This document shows positions 62,701 through 64,000 of a DNA stretch of 64,000 nt, piece after piece. Within the stretch, counting starts at the first letter, position 1, and the number at the start of each line of letters is the position of its first letter. The notes beneath the pieces were generated by a model, which had not been told where the DNA came from, searched no databases, and saw nothing but the letters and a program-made list of their open reading frames with translations. The DNA comes from the human T2T-CHM13v2.0 reference genome, Homo sapiens: assembly GCF_009914755.1 (NCBI RefSeq), contig NC_060938.1. The stretch is one strand, 5' to 3'. The position numbers and the translations under genes were made by a program.

Positions 62701-63728
62701 TACTCCATACCTTTCCATTCCTTTATTTTGACTGGATCTAACTTTGTCACCCAGACTGTAGTGCAGTTGCAGAATCTTAGCTCACATTTCATTTCACTAT
62801 TCCATTCCATTCCATTCCATTCCATTCCACTCCACTCCACTCCACCCTACTCCATTCCACTCCACTACACTACACACCACTCCCCTCCACTTCACTCTGT
62901 TCCATTCAACTTCACTCCATTCCATTCCATTCCATTCCAGTACACTCTGATCCACTCCACTCAACTCCACTCCACTTCACTCCACTCCTCTCCATTACTT
63001 TCCTTTCCATTCTGTTGCATGCCATTCCACTCCATTCCATTCGACTCCATTTCACTCCACTCCATTTCACTCCATTCTACCCCATTCCACTCCACTCCAA
63101 TCCACTCCTTTCCATTCCATGCCACTAAATTCCATTCCAAACCATTCCACTTCGTTCCACTCCACTCTGTTGCACTCCAATCCATTCCACTCTACTCCAC
63201 TCCGCTCAACTCCACTCCACTCCACTTCAATCCACTCCACTACATTCCATTCCATTCTATTCCATTCCATTCCATTCCATTCCATTATACTCAACTCCAT
63301 TACCTTCCCCTCCATTCCACTCCAATCCACTCCTCTCTGCTACACACCAGTCCATTCCATTCCACTCTACTCCACTTCACTCGACTCCATTCTGTTCCAT
63401 TCAGTTCCATTCCATTCCGTTCTGTGCCACTCCACACCATTGCTTTCCATTTCACTCCATTCCACTCCACTCCTGTTCACTACATTCCACTCCATTCCAC
63501 TCCACTCCATTCCTGTGCATTGCATTCCATTCCATTCCACTGCACTCTGATCCACTCCTGTCAACTCCATTCCTCTACAGTCTGTTCCACTCCACTCCAT
63601 TGCACACCATTCCATACCACTGCACTCCATTCCATTCCATTCGACTCCATTCCATTTCACTCCTTTATTTGGATTGGGACTCTCTCTGTCACCCAGATTG
63701 GAGTGCAGTTGCACAATCTTAGCTCACA
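44721..63728 (-). repeat. About 39 interspersed copies of a ~55-bp Alu 3'-end fragment (AluJ-like)
   Basis: Consensus GACAGGATCTCACTCTGTCACCCAGGCTGGAGTGCAGTGGCACAATCTCAGCTCAC. Approximate starts: 44721, 44933, 45345, 45726, 46138, 46640, 46927, 47353, 47685, 48100, 48282, 48644, 49191, 49587, 49983, 50339, 50746, 51008, 51364, 51715, 52317, 52679, 52986, 53502, 54179, 54935, 55287, 55593, 56008, 56354, 56940, 57247, 57609, 57946, 58426, 59352, 61294, 62730, 63672. Confidence 0.92.
45236..45285 (+). repeat. (CACTA)10 pure microsatellite within the satellite
   Basis: Ten uninterrupted CACTA units read directly. Confidence 0.9.
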
Positions 63729-64000
63729 TATCATTTCACCATTCCATTCCATTCCATTCTATTCCATTCCACTGCACTGCAATACACTGCACTCAACTCT
63801 ACGCCACTCCAATCCACTCCACTATGTTCCATTCCATTCTATTCTGTTCATTCCGTTCCATTCCGTTCCATTCTGTTCCATTCCGTTCCATTACATTCCA
63901 TTCCACTCCACTCCATTCCCTTCCCCCACATTCCACTCCAATCCACTCCACTCCACTACACACGGGTCCATTCCATTCCAATCCACCCCTCTTCATTCCA

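Larger units (their letters stand above)
44595..64000. repeat. HSat3-like pentameric satellite (CATTC/CACTC)n, composite with Alu fragments; continues past the window end
   Basis: Degenerate CATTC and CACTC pentamers with the C-rich strand on +; no recurrent HSat2 CATTCGATGAT motif seen. Confidence 0.95.

Noticed and set aside
44721-63728. CRISPR-like pattern of a conserved repeat separated by spacers
   Set aside because: The repeat is Alu-derived, the 'spacers' are satellite pentamers of widely varying length, there are no cas genes, and the context is primate.
44586-63996. Long His/Ser/Pro-rich and MEWNG-type ORFs (up to 744 aa)
   Set aside because: Pentamer repeats rarely contain stop codons, and ORFs overlap in all frames on both strands; there is no evidence of coding function.

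Overview
Hominid (human-like) pericentromeric heterochromatin with no genuine protein-coding gene; the ORF track reflects decayed L1/SVA frames and stop-poor satellite frames. Bases 1-44594 are divergent alpha satellite (~171-bp monomers with pJalpha-type boxes; no CENP-B box seen). It switches strand at ~20243, shows three distinguishable sequence layers, and has several internal duplications. It is interrupted by four 5'-truncated L1s (three L1PA3-like, one with a twin-priming inversion, and one L1PA4-like) and by a full-length SVA carrying a ~200-bp 3' transduction of an old L1MA end. From ~44595 to the end is an HSat3-like (CATTC/CACTC)n array that is composite: about 39 copies of one ~55-bp antisense Alu 3'-end fragment are built into it. 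These copies form a degenerate ~4.6-5.4 kb higher-order repeat, and their core is the reverse complement of the surrounding pentamers. The chromosome cannot be determined from the sequence alone. Subfamily calls were made by eye from recalled consensus diagnostics.
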